DNA of 64,000 nucleotides from Takakia lepidozioides (lineage: Eukaryota > Plantae > Bryophyta): positions 59,272,001 through 59,336,000 of the forward strand of contig CM060733.1 in NCBI GenBank assembly GCA_030704615.1, given 5' to 3'. The position numbers were made by a program, and so were the translations under genes. Below, in pieces: positions 13,936-26,923 of this stretch; the first letter of the stretch is position 1, and every line of letters starts with the position of its first letter. The notes below the pieces were generated by a model that saw only the letters and a program-made list of their open reading frames with translations, did no database searches and was not told the DNA's origin.

Positions 13936-14417
13936 GGTCTCCTTAGGACTGCCCTAAGGAGCCCTAAGATGGGGAAAATAGAAATATATAAATTATTATT
14001 TATAATTGCCTTTAAGACACCTAAGAAGGGGGGAAATGTAAATATATATATGATTATTTATAATTACCCTTAGGACTTCTTAGGACAGTCCTAAGGAGTC
14101 CTAAGATGAAAAAAAATAGAAAGACATAAATATTTGCCCTTAAGACCCGTTTAGGCAGCCTAAGGGGTTATAAGAAGAGGAGAATGGAAACATATAAATT
14201 ATTATCTATAATTACCCTTAGTAAAAAGAGAAAAATTGAAAGATATAAATTATTATTTATAATTGCCCTTAGGACTCCTTAGGGCGGTCCTAAGGAGTCC
14301 TAAGAGGGAAAAATAGAAATATATAAATTATAAAAAAATAAAAAAATACACATTATTATACATAATTACCCTTAGGACTTCTTAGGATAGTCCTAAGGAG
14401 TCTTAAGAAGAGAAAAA
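13936..14417. repeat. Palindromic CCTTAGG/CCTAAGG satellite, left part (~75-80-bp units)
   Basis: Repeated AATTATTATTTATAATTGCCCTTAGGACTCCTTAGG..CCTAAGGAGTCCTAAG. Confidence 0.85.
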
Positions 14418-14788
14418 TTAACCCTTAAGTTCCCAAGCTCTTTTTTGATTTTTTACCAATTTTGGGTACCCAGCTGCAGTAAATTGCCCCTATAAACCTA
14501 CCAAGAATCATCCACAGATTCCAGCCTTATAGCAGTGGGCCCAGCTCATTTATGCATGACATACCAAAAAATGAGCCAAGTCCACCGTGGAAATTGTGAG
14601 ATTATGATGGTGGCCCGGACCTCAAATATCAGGTCCCAAAGAAAAGTGAGAAAGAAATTGGTTTGACCAAATCAAAACCTAGCTTTATCCAATTTTGCTT
14701 GCCCCAAGACCCACCATTTCCAAATCAATAGTGGAGTGGCTATGACCCGACTAAATTGTAGGTCCAACTGATTTTTTCACTTATGGTT

Positions 14789-15277
14789 TGTCGTGCACCT
14801 AAGCATCGTGCCACAACATACATCGCTGTCCACCATACATTCTAAGCACACAATCCTAGAAAGCTATGCCACAATACATAAACTAAGTCAAGCCAAGGGC
14901 ACCTTTGCTAAAGAAATCCACCCTACAAAGCCCTCACCACACTCCTTCTCAATACCTAGAGCTATGGAGGTGGGAGAGGCTCATGGAGGCTCAACTACAA
15001 GAAGATGAGCCCTCCTCAACATTCACAAGGGGAAAACCCATCCTCATGTCCCAAGTGAGGTTTGACACCTCACTTGGCATGTGAGACCAAATGAAGTCCC
15101 AACACACAAAATACAAATATAAATGTCCAAAATATCCGAGTTAACTAGAAGTAGGTAATTCTAGTTAACCATGACTAAAACCATGACAGTTGTCGTGCAC
15201 CTAAGCATCGTGCCACAACATACATCGCTGTCCACCATACATTCTAAGCACACAATCTTAGAAAGCTATGCCACAAT
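14789..15277 (-). repeat. 3' terminal block of copy 1 (sense: A-AC-B-A)
   Basis: The 87-bp A occurs twice, flanking the 313-bp B, with a 2-bp spacer at 15189-15190. Confidence 0.9.
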
Positions 15278-15290
15278 CGTCCCCCTAGCT
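15278..15290 (-). promoter_or_regulatory. Polypurine tract of copy 1
   Basis: Sense AGCTAGGGGGACG directly precedes repeat A (ATTGTG). Homologous to 36369-36381. Confidence 0.7.
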
Positions 15291-15550
15291 AGTGATTAGG
15301 TCCCTCTAACACCGGATAGCTGACAAGTATCCATCTCAATAAAATCATTGCTTGGTCTTCAATCGCACATGTCCCAGTATCTAAAGTCAATAGATCAAGA
15401 GGGCGGGTGCAAAAGTAGGCCCATCGTTACTCGCCTTCCTGCAATCCATGATCTTCAATTAAATATCCATGGCGTTGAGCTCCCATTAGCTAGACCTTGG
15501 ATCACTTATCAATTCCCCCATTGTCATGCCCACTACCTATGTCCAAGGCA

Positions 15551-16830
15551 TCATGGACACAACCATTCTCCACTAGGAACCTCCTCAAGTGGCGGTGTCA
15601 AGCATCCCATGTGCCACCCCCTTGAGCATTTGTCACACACCAACATGGTCGCGGCACCACCAGCATGCCCACATAGCATGCAACGCAACCCTGCAGGTAC
15701 CACTGCAAGGTTGGGGTCTATCCTCCCATCCACACGTGGAAGGTGACATGGCGCACAATTGCGCATATGGTCCTTCATACCATGCCATCTCGACCCTCCA
15801 AAATCAACACTCCTGAAGGCAACACCTCCTGGACCCTTAGAATCACACGCCCTGCTATGACATCCAAAGTCGTAGGCACTATCTGCTGCAGATACACATA
15901 GTCCCCAGGGTGGAAATGCTGAACACCTAGCCGATATCCCCCTCCACGTATAGTGGCGTACCTCAATGTGTCTCGGTATTGGGCAATAGCAAGGTTCTCA
16001 AAAGCCATAGGCATGACTCTCTTGAACAACTCTTCCCGTTGGGCACATGCTTGTGTCCACACATCCGGATCATCAAGGTTGAGAACTACTGCAGTCTCCC
16101 TGCGAATAGATGCAGGCAAATCTGGCTCTCGGCCAAAGAGAAGGAAATAAGGCGAGAACGAGGCAAGTGATGCTTGTTTGCTAAACCTGTAGCCCATGGC
16201 CAACCAAGGTAGCTGAAGGTCCCAATCTCCTAAGTGTCCCTTCTATAAGTCATACTTGCGCAATCCTCGCTTGACTGTTTGTACAACCCTCTCTACCAGG
16301 CCATCAGCCTCGGGATGATCCCGAGAAGTACTGCGGTGATCTATCAAGGCTTGCTCATACAAAGCCTGAAACTCCCCCAAGAACTCTCTCCCCTGGTCCG
16401 TGAGTACCTCGGCTGGAGCACCAAATTGGCTAAGCACTCGATCTAAGAATGCATACGCAGCCCCCTCACTTGCCTTGTCAGGCAATGCCACCAGTTCAAT
16501 CCACTTGGAAAAATGTTCTACCATCACCAGCACATACTTGTTATGACGAATCATTAGTGGCAATGGGCCTGCAAAGTCAAGACTCCAACGATAGCCCAAA
16601 CCCATAATGGATAAAAGATGCAATTGTGGAGTAGGTGCATTGAAATAAGCTCGCACTCTATCACACACCATGCACCTTGCCACTAACTGTTGCACATCCG
16701 TGTGCATACCCCGCCACCAGTACTGTCCTTGCTGCAAACTATGAGTGCGCCGCACCCCAAAATGTCCCAACTCCTCATGGGCATAGCGTACCAATCGCGC
16801 TCGTTGTGTTGGATGATGCACAATCCTCAC
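15551..16830 (-). pseudogene. Integrase (HHCC and DDE core) plus C-terminal PHD finger
   Basis: HEELGHFG...CMVC, LDFAGP, LTDQG, GLVERVV. PHD: CMLC...VCDKCSRGWHMGCLTPPLEEVPSGEWLCP. Confidence 0.9.
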
Positions 16831-16919
16831 TCGTCCATCCTCATATACTCGGAGTAGGTGAGTCCCCTCCTACTTGAACCTCTTGGCTCGTTGTAGGATC
16901 CGATCTCTCTCCTTAGCAG

Positions 16920-18540
16920 TCACACTGGCTCCTGTCTCTCTAGTACGAAGGTAGGCCAACACTGTTGCATCTTCATGCACATCTTTAGCACCACCAAGCT
17001 CTCACTGATCTCCGGATCGTCATGCACACCATCTACATGACCAATGTTATGGGATGGACCAGCTTGAGCTCCCATTGCTAGGATGCACAAAAAGGCAGAT
17101 GCATGCCATCCTGACACCATCTCCTCATCTGTCTCACCATACCACCGAGCTCCAGTATCATCATGCTCGCTTGTGCATGGATTACGACTCAATCCATTTG
17201 CATCCCGATTGACAATACCGGCTCGATGCACCACCTGAAAGTCGTATTCTTGAAGCATAAGTGCCCACCGTGCAAGCTTCCATGTAAGCTTGTCTGACTC
17301 CATCAACCACTTCAATGGTTGGTGATCCATGACAAGGATGAAGAGATTGCCATAGAGATAGCATCTGAAATGTGTCACTGCCCATACTGCAGCTAGACAC
17401 TCCCCTTCATAGGAACTATACTTCACCTTGGCATCATTGTTTGAGCGGCTAGCATATGCCACTACGAACTCTCTTCCCTCATCATCCATCTGTGTGAGCA
17501 CTGCTCCAATCCCCAACATACTCCAATCCGTATGTAGCTGGAAAGGCCGCCCTCGAATAGGCCGCCTCAGAATAGGTGCAGAAGTCAATCGAGCCTTGAG
17601 TTCCTCAAAGGTTTCCTCCTGCTCCTCCTCCCACTGCCACTCCTGACCCACCTTGGTCAACTTAGTAAGAGCCTTTGCAATGCTGCTAAATCCCTTGACA
17701 AACCGTCGATAGTAGTTTGTCAACCCCATGAAAGCACGAACTCTGTTAACATATATGGGGCGTGGAATGCGTGCAATGGCCTCCACCTTCATCTTTTGAA
17801 CACCCAATCCTCCAGGGTATATCATGTGGCCCAGATACTCAATCTGGTTGTGGAAGAACTTGCACTTCCCAGGGTGCAATTTCAACCCATGCGCTCTCAA
17901 GCGCTCAAACACCACCTGAAGATGTCTCTCATGCTCTTCAACCGTAGCACTAAAGACGATGATGTCATCAATGTAACACCGGGCAAAATCTAGCCCCGCA
18001 AGAATCCTATCCATAACCCTCTGAAACTCTGCAGGAGCATTATTCAACCCAAACGGTAGGAAACGCCATTGGTACAAGCAATCCTTCCATGTTGGTCAAT
18101 CCCCCAGAATGTCGTCTTTTGCTTGTCAGCCTCTTTGATTGGCAACTGGTGGTAACCGGATCGCAAGTCCAATGTGCTAAACACCTTCGCATGCCCAATG
18201 GCATCAAAGATTTCCTTTGGAGTTGGCATGGTATATCTATCGGACTTAGTCTGACGGTTCACAGGACGATAGTCCCCACACATCCTTCTTTCTGTCCAAT
18301 TGCCATAGATATCCTTCTTAGCTGGCATCACCGTTGTCGAGGCATACTCCCCGCCTGACAACTCCCAATCCAACTTCAAACAACTCCATAGTCCGTGACT
18401 GGATCAATGACCTCTCCATGTCACTATACCGGTAGGGCCTTCGAAAGATTGGCGTGTCACTTGCCAAATCAATACGAATCTCTTGACCCTTCAAACCCCC
18501 CAAATCCTTCAAACCGAAGGCAAAGCAATTTCTATAAGCC
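16920..18540 (-). pseudogene. Reverse transcriptase and RNase H
   Basis: RMCGDYR, LDLRSGYHQ, PFGLNNAP, YIDDI, LHTDWS, YSSYEGE; frameshifted. Confidence 0.95.
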
Positions 18541-19039
18541 CTTAGAAATCGTTGGATCCTCCGTCTCTCTCCTCCGGTGACTGTAGGTCCAACATCTGGC
18601 TCCCAATTGTCCTCAGTGACTGCAACCTTGGGTACATCAGGCTTGGGGGTAGGAGACGAATCATTTGGTTGCTAGATAGCAACCTCTTGGCCTTGTCCGC
18701 CCAATCTGACTGTGGCGTAGCCTCCACTTGCTCTGCCATAACCACCTTGAGAACATCCTCTGGGGAAAAAACATTCTCAACCTCTTCAAAAACATTGGCC
18801 ACCTTGGCCTCCAACTGATCCTCAGTGTATGGCTCTCCCCACTCCTCATATTGCTGCTTGAGAGATCCAATGACTCTCTCTTGCCGCATCTCATCCCACA
18901 TCTGCCATGGGTTTTTGCACCCCATGATCCTGTGTTCGCCCCCACTCACAGCCTCAACCGTCCCGGTTGGCAGAAGGGATACAATACCAAATGGGAGTGC
19001 AGAAGTAGCCACCACTGTCTGCAACCTCCGTTGCTCAGC

Positions 19040-20000
19040 CATGCACAAGCCAATGACCCATGTCAAGCAATTTAGATCCATTGCTTGACCCAACACATGT
19101 CGGCGTGATGCCTCTGACAGAGCTGGCACAGCTGTAGTGCCTGTGGCAAATCCCATTGCCCGCTCTTGCTCATCTGCATTGGGCTCCACCAATTGCTGTA
19201 GCACACTGTCCCAAATCAACCCAGGACTATTGTCTTGAAAAGCATGAGACGAGGGAAAGCTCATGAGCGTAGGCAAGGCCATACGTGGCTGCCCCACTCG
19301 ATTTACCACTGCTAGAGGTGGACGGTCATCATGTCGCACCCTCTGTGGTTGCCTCCCTTGGTCCAAAATGCCCTCAACTGTGAGATTGGGTGGCCGTTGA
19401 ATGGAATCGTATGCTCTCTTGAGCAGCTCTGGTGGTGCAAGATTGGTCCACCACAATCGAGGTCGATGCGCTCGTGATCCCACCGCTGCTGCATCCAATA
19501 GAACCGCCGATCCAATCCAAGACTGCACCTGATGCACACTGGCCATAACCCTGGTCCGAGAGTCCCTCATAAGAGGAACATTCTCCTAGATATAGGCTAG
19601 AGGTTGCACTTGCCTCGTCTGCAAGTCACGCAACACTCTCAACATCTCCCAAAACAAATGCGATCATGCATCATGTAAGCCGTTCCCATAACCTGCGGGA
19701 GAGTGTCCTTGGCAAGGCCATCCAGCTATCACCAAGTCAATGGCACCATGCCGGTCCAAATCATCCGCCCCCAGCAAGGTAATGTCTGCTGGCAAGGCCT
19801 TTTGATACCTTTGAATTGCTGAGAGAGGCAACAACTCAGGATACCGGTGTGTGAGCAAGGCGATGTGGCACATAGAAATACGCCAAGCTATCTCATCCTT
19901 CTCCACATACAAGTACTTGCGTACTTTAATCCCAGCTTGCAACACTCCTGCAAGCCCAGTGCTCATGCCTCCAAACAGGTCTAGCAAACAAATCCCTAAG
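19040..20000 (-). pseudogene. DNMT3-like C5 cytosine methyltransferase domain within pol
   Basis: Motif I LDLFGG, II YVEKD, IV GWPCQGHS, VI ENV (~19580, after a stop), VIII AHRPRLWWTNL, IX/X ERAMGF...RRHVLGQAMD. Confidence 0.88.
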
Positions 20001-20391
20001 TCAGGTGGTTGCCAGGTAATGGGCACTGTATCCAAAGGAGCTAACTGAGGAAGTCCAGGTGATGTCACTGAACTCCCTTCACTCACCAATGGATATGCCT
20101 CCTGCCATGCTTGGTGCACACACTCGCCTGCTACTCGATGCATATACTTAACTATACCCCACAGTGAATATGAACAGACACATGAGGAAGCAAATCAGCC
20201 TTGTATGCCAATTGTTTGTCCTCATCAGGTGGTGGCCTATCATCTGCATGGCTATTGCCCTCCAAGAGCTCACCACCCCAAGCCATCACCCCTGCGAATG
20301 CAGCCAATGTGGGCATCATGTTCCTATGTTCCACCGCTACATTCCCAATAAACCGCACTGGGAGCAGTGCACGTCGACCATCCCCTGACTG

Positions 20392-21068
20392 CTATTCCGG
20401 CCTGTAGGATATTGTTTCCTCCCAAAAGTCCAAAGTAAAGCCCATCGTGTATAACACAACCCCACCAACAAGCACATCATAAGACATTGTGTCCGTAACA
20501 ATGGCTTTAGCTCTCATGGCAGAGCCATCTGCAGGATGATCTGGCTGCAATCGAATGAAGAGCTCATGGCGTGTAATCCCTCGTGCCTTCTCTAAACTGC
20601 CCAAAGATGTTTGAATTTGGAAATGACAAGGCTCCAAATCCGCCTCTGTAAGGCCCAAGCCTGCAATTGCTGCTCTCCCCAACATCAATGGTTGTGCTCC
20701 CGAGTCCAACAAGACCTGCAGTGGCCTATACCTCTTCCCGGCTGGGCCACCCAACTGAAACACACCATCCTGATTGTCCACCAGGACTACCCTAGGAGTC
20801 ACCATACTACGCTCAATGGTTGGTCTAGCTGACAACTCCTGCAACCTTGCAGCTGCCGCTTGCCATGGCGCAGCTGTGGCTGTTTTCACCCTTGAATCCA
20901 AGGCATCCATGCACTACATTTGATCCGCTATCCCCGCAGATAGTGTTGATGCATCACCACTCTCACAGAGTGCAGCTGCCAGTCTAAACACTGCAGCTGG
21001 CCGCATCCCCGACATTGCAATTGTCATGGCAGAAAACAATGGAGCTTGGCAAATTGCCGTAGCCGCCC
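20392..21068 (-). pseudogene. Retropepsin aspartic protease region
   Basis: VLLDSGAQ...YDVLVGG; homologous to the C-terminal half of 29934..31358. Confidence 0.85.
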
Positions 21069-23067
21069 CCTTAAGCTTGCCAAATATTAGCCTCCAAGGA
21101 CCCCAAAATAGTCCTCCAAATAGCCCTCCAAAGGCTCCAAATATTTGCCAAATATTGGTCTTCAAGGACCCCCAATAGTCCTCCAAATAGTCCTCCAAAC
21201 ACCCCTTCAAGAGCTCTTCAAGTGTCTTACAAAAGCTCCTCAAAGGACCCCCCAAAGATCCTCCAAAGGCAATACTCCTCCAGATACACCCTAGATGTCA
21301 TACACTTTTAATGAAAAAGTATGGTAGGCAAAGTCTCTCCACTTGTATCCATACAATGTTCACAAAAGTGTATGGTGGGGCAGAGTGAGCCCATACACTG
21401 TTCACAAAACGTATGTTGGGCAGAGGGGGCCCAAACTCTGTTCGCAAAAGTGTATGTTGGGCAGAGGGGTTCCATACACTGTTCACAAAAGAGTATGATG
21501 GGCAGAGGGAGCCCATACACAGTTTCTTGAAGAGTATGGAGACTAGGGTTTGTAGAGTATAGTAAGAAACACCTTCTTCTTGGTATCTTCCCCCCTAACA
21601 TGCATGCAAGATTGCATTATCTTACTTTGCAATGCATTCATCCCAAATTGACAAGTTCCTCTTGATCTCCTTGGAACTCATAGCAAGCTAATGTGCCCAA
21701 TGACAAGTGCCAAGCCTTGCTTGAATTTGAAATTTGTATGCCATCTTCCATGTGCTTTCCCTTGCATGGGCTAGTCACACACACTTCCACCTCTTGACCT
21801 AGGTGTTCTCTTCATTCATCATAATGTGTATCCATACCTCTATTCAAGAGCTCATCTTCTCAAACTTGAAGTCACAAGCCCTAAAGAGCATGCTCCACAT
21901 AAGCATCACTTGCTTGATCAACCATCCACCACAAAACTTAAGCAAAAAAGGAATGAATACATGAGCTTCACCTTCCCCTTCCTTGTCTTGTCACATGCTA
22001 ATGTATGGTTGAAGTTGCTATGCATGCCGTGAGCCACAATCTCATTTCTTCATGAAGACCACCTCCAATGATCTCCCACATGTGTTCCAAGCTCTTCAAT
22101 ACTCTAGGCTTGGTTTCACATCATCATGGATAGAATTCTCACCCACATGCTTCCCTTTGGAGTTATCTTGAGCTTCTTGATGCTCTCCAAGTGGTTGTTT
22201 TTGTTGTCTTCAAGCCCTAGCCTATGTAGCTCCTTGGCTTTTCTTCCACAACATGCACCACCTCATACATAAGGAATGAACTTGCTCACTTCACCTTCTA
22301 GCTCTCCTCAAGCTTGAATTGAAAGCCACACATGGAAAGCATGCTCCACACATGCGCCACTTGCTTGGTCAATCACTTGCTTGACCAAGAGCAATCCAAG
22401 AACTCATAGAACTAGCAAAAACACTCTCTTCTAGCGCCGCCTTCGCTTGCTTGTTTGTCAACCAAATGAAACCCTACTTGGCTTCATTTCACCATGGATA
22501 AAACAACCACTTCTTAGCTTCTCTTGAGCTACTCAATGCTCCTCAAGCTACCTTTGTTGTACTCCTCATATGGTGTTTCCAACCCAAGCATGTGCCGCTC
22601 TTTGGCTTCTCTTTCACACCATGAACAAGTACTAGAGCTTGCTCTTGAAACCCTAGTGTTTATCTTCTCCACACACAAGACGCTTCTCTTGTGATGCAAG
22701 AGCTCTTTTCCAAGCTGTCAAACCCTTAGTGCACATACAAGCACTTACCTTGCAAAACCATGCAAGCTTTGTGATATAAGAGCTCTCTCCTTAAGCTCTC
22801 CACCTCTGCAAAGTCTTGTAACTCAAGAGCTCTCTCCTTGAGCTCTCCACCTCTTTGATGCAATGCAAAAACACTCCTCCTTGTAGCACCTTGCAAGCCT
22901 TGTGAGATACTTGAGCTTTCCTAGCTCTCTCACTCCTTGGTGTACACCAACACAAGTGCTAAAACTAATCCTTACACTCCGTACTCACAAGCATAAGGTG
23001 ATCTTCTTGTAATGATAATGGAAGTGAACACACAATGGAAACACTCCACTCATGAATCCACTCATTC

Positions 23068-23368
23068 ACATAAACTAAGTCAAGCCAAGGGCACCTTTGC
23101 TAAAGGAATCCACCCTACAAAGCCCTCACCACACTCCTTCTCAGTACCTAGAGCTATGGAGGTGGGAGAGGCTCATGGAGGCTCAACTACAAGAAGATGA
23201 GCCCTCCTCAACACTCACAAGGGGAAAACCCATCTTCATGTCCCAAGTGAGGTTTGACATCTCACTTGGCATGTGAGACCAAATGAAGTCCGAACACACA
23301 AAATACAAATATAAATGTCCAAAATATCCTAGTTAACTAGAAGTAGGTAATTCTAGTTAACCATGACA
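23068..23368 (-). repeat. 5' terminal repeat B of copy 1
   Basis: Near-identical to 14876-15188; begins TGTCA in sense. Confidence 0.9.
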
Positions 23369-23828
23369 GGTCGCTTTGCATGCAATTACTTGGGGTTGAA
23401 ATCTCAAAATTGACAAGAGAAAATGTGCCTCCAAATAAAGTACTTTTTTTTCTACAAATTTTTTAAAAGCCAATGGTGGATGTGTGTATGTAATGCTCAC
23501 ACACCACAAGGTGAAGTGTTTTTTCTAAAATTGCTAATTTTCTGCCAAAAATGGCCTTTGGAGTGCAATCTGATTTGGGCTTGTTTACCTACCACGTCAG
23601 CGGTCAACAAGCCCTTTTTCAGGCCCAAAACGTAAATGAGTGATCTAAGATATTTTGTAGGTCGTAGCTTTTGTTTTTTTTCAATTTTGTTTTTTGCATC
23701 ATACTCGAGACAAATCCTTTGTCATTAAACTTCAGGAGTGGGGCCCATCAGATTAGATCTGCAGAAATTTGGTCGAACTGCAAATTCAAAGTGACCCGAT
23801 TCAGGTCACTTGGGAACTTAAGGGTTAA

Positions 23829-24770
23829 GACCCATTTAAGCAACCTAAGGAGTTATAAAAGGGGGAAAATAGAAACATATCATTATTATCTATAATTGCC
23901 CTTAGGACTCCTTGGGACTGCCCTAAGGAGTCCTAAGAGGGGAAAACGGAAATATATAAACTATTATTTATAGTTACCCTTAGGACTCCTTAGGACTGCC
24001 CTAAGGAGTCCTAAGAGAGGGAAAAATAAAAACGTATAAATTATTATTTATAATTACCCTTAGGGCTTCATAGGACAGTCCTATGGAGTCATAAGATGAG
24101 AAAAATGGAAAGACATAAATAATTGTCCTTAAGACCCGTTTAGGTAACCTAAAGGGTTATAAGAGGGGGAAAATAGAAACATATAAATTATTATCTATAA
24201 TTGCCCTTACGACTCCTTAGGGCCGCCCTAAGGAGTCCTAAGAAGGGGTGAAATTGAAAGATGTAAATTATTATCTATAATTGCCCTTAGGACTCCTTGG
24301 GGCTCTAAGAGGAGGAAAATAAAAATATGTAAATTATTATTTATAATTGTCCTTAGGACTACTTTAGGCCACCAAGGAGTCCTAAGAGGGGGGGGGGAAA
24401 TAAAAATATATAAGTTATTATTTATAATTACCCTTAGGACTTCTTAAAACATTCCTAAGGAGAAAAATGGAAAGACATAAATAATTGCCCTTAAGACCTG
24501 TTTCGGCAACCTAAGGGGTCCTAAGAAAGGGAAATTTGAAAGATGTAAATTATTATTTATAATTGCCCTTAGGACTCCTTAGGGCGCCACTAAGGAGTCC
24601 TAAGAGTGGGAAAATAAAACGATATAAAATATTATTTATATTAGCTTCCTAAGAGGAGGGAAAATGGAAAGATGTATTTTGTTATTTATAATTACCTTTA
24701 GAAAGATGTAAATTGTTATTTTTGATTGCTCTTAGGACTCTTTAGGGCGGCTCTAAGGAGTCCTAAGGGG
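23829..24770. repeat. Palindromic CCTTAGG/CCTAAGG satellite, right part
   Basis: Same unit as 13936-14417. Confidence 0.85.
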
Positions 24771-24806
24771 AGGGAAAAAAAACAAAACAAAACAAAACAA
24801 ACACTG

Positions 24807-24994
24807 TAATAAATGTATCAACTTTGATCATTACATTTAAAGAATCACATGTACTATTTATTGTACCGACAAAATTTGAGGTGACACCATTTATTACAAT
24901 TAAAACAAGATTTTGTCCTCGATAAACGTTCATACGGCTATTTGTAATGCACCGACATCTATTTTTAAATAAACTTTCATGAGTTAGTACCTAT
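24807..24994 (+). repeat. ~190-bp direct repeat D2
   Basis: Homologous to 13723-13917. Confidence 0.8.
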
Positions 24995-25019
24995 TCAAAA
25001 AGTGCGTGGGATAAGGTTA

Positions 25020-26036
25020 ATAAATAGCAACTTTTCATTCTGTTTTCATCCACTTATTTTCCATTCATTCTTTTTAGATTGTACCACATTTGTTTCCCTG
25101 TAAGTATAGAAAACGAGGATCATTTTCTTCTCTTTCTGCCACAGGTTGTTTGCAGACAATATAACTGTCTCTTAGTTTTGCTCTTTTACCTTTGTTTCTC
25201 TGTTTCTTCTTTGTTTCTATTGCTTGTTTATGTTTCTCTGTTCTTTCGGTTATTTGACAATGTTTTTTAGTTCTTCTCAGTAGTTTCATTTGTCTTTGTT
25301 CTTCATAAACCTCTATAAGTATGCAGAACGAGGATCATTTCCTTTACTTTCAAGCTTTTTGTATAGCTTTGCTTTTGTTGTTTGTTTCTATTTCTTTGTT
25401 ATTTAGAACTGTCTCTTAGTTCTTCTTAGTAGTCTTCATTTGTTTTTTTCTTTCATTTTATGTTCTTTGTTTATGTTTCTTTTTTATCTCTGTTCTTTGT
25501 ATTTCTGTGTGAGTTGTTCAGTGGGATAAAACTTTCTATTCGTTCTCTTCCGTTTCATTTTGTTTTCTTTCCTCTTTGTTTGTGTTTGTTGTTTGTTTAT
25601 GTTGCTTTGTTTTTTCGGTTATGTGGCAAAATGAACTGTGTCGTAGTTCTAATTCTGAGTAGCCTTCATTTGTTTTTCTCTTTCGCTTTCTGTTCTTTGT
25701 TTATGTTTCTTTCCGATCTCTATTCTTTGTATTTTTGTGTGAGTTGTACAGCAAAATAGAACTTTCCATTCTTTCTTTCTCATTGTTCTTTCTTTTTCGT
25801 TTTGTTTCTTTCATCTTCGTTTGTCTTTCTTCTTTGCTTCTGTTGTTTGTTTATGTTGCTTTGTTCTTTCGGTTCTATGGCAAAATAGAACTGTCTCCTA
25901 ATTCTTCTTAATAGCCTTCATTTGTTTTTTTCTTTCACTTTCTGTCTTTGTTTATGTTTCTTTTTTATCTCTGTTCTTTGTATTTCTGTGTGAGTTGCTC
26001 AGCGGAATAGAACTTTTCATTCTTTCTTTCTCTTTA
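25020..26036. repeat. T/C-rich degenerate tandem repeat
   Basis: Recurrent CTGTTCTTTGTATTTCTGTGTGAGTTG and AGAACTGTCTC..AGTTCTT blocks. Confidence 0.7.
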
Positions 26037-26923
26037 CACTGTGATTATGCCACTTTGAATGTTACATCATAATCTATAATATATATGATATTCAAGCATG
26101 ATATCAATATAGTATATACAACTTAGAGATTATAAATATTTAACATAATCAGAATTATATATATAGAGTATAAATAAGTATATAAAAATAAATATTTATA
26201 TTACATTAATTAATTAAAATTAATAATAAATAGATGTATTTTAAAATCTAGCTATAACCTAAAGACGTCACTACATAAATCAACTATCATTCTATCCATC
26301 AACCAGTCAATTATCATTCCATCCATTATCATAAATCAATCATTATCAGTTACAATCATGTGTTATTTTTACTTACTATATAATTATTTATTCATATTAC
26401 TTTATATCTTATCATTACATTTTCACATTTCAAATTTAAAATCTTCAATATTTATATCATTTCTATAAATGAACATACTAAAATATTTATTTAAGAGAAC
26501 TAAAATTATAACATATCTATTTATTTAAACATAATGATGTATATTATATATTATAAGAATAAATATATTATCAATTTATATCATGCTTTCAATGTCAGAT
26601 TCATCATTCCATTTTAAATCTAATCAATCAAGTTATCTATCATATTACATCTCAAAAACTTCAAATATTTCAAATATACTATTTAAATTAATGAATTTAT
26701 TTAACAAATAATAATTTAAGAATATATATATATAATGTAATAAATACTTAAAATATAATTCAATATATAATATATAATACTATATTATATCATGTTTTCA
26801 ACCTCAGATTTCATCATTTCAATAAATTCAAAATCCATTCAATCAAATTGTTTATCATATTATACTCCAAAACTCCAATTTATTTAATCTTTATGGTTAA
26901 TCTTAAAGGCCTTTTAGCCATAA

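Larger units (their letters stand above)
14789..23368 (-). mobile_element. Ty3/Gypsy retrotransposon copy 1 with DNMT3-like and PHD domains and permuted LTRs; decayed, gag missing
   Basis: AP-DNMT-RT-RH-INT-PHD order. TG...CA ends. Flanks GGTT/GGTC (4-bp TSD, 1 mismatch). Repeats A 14789-14875 = 15191-15277 and B 14876-15188 = 23068-23368. Confidence 0.9.
14422..23824. mobile_element. piggyBac-like non-autonomous TIR element (~820 bp once the nested Gypsy is removed)
   Basis: Perfect 16-bp TIRs CCCTTAAGTTCCCAAG (14422-14437) and CTTGGGAACTTAAGGG (23809-23824), with TTAA on both sides (14418-14421, 23825-23828). The satellite resumes after it. Confidence 0.7.
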
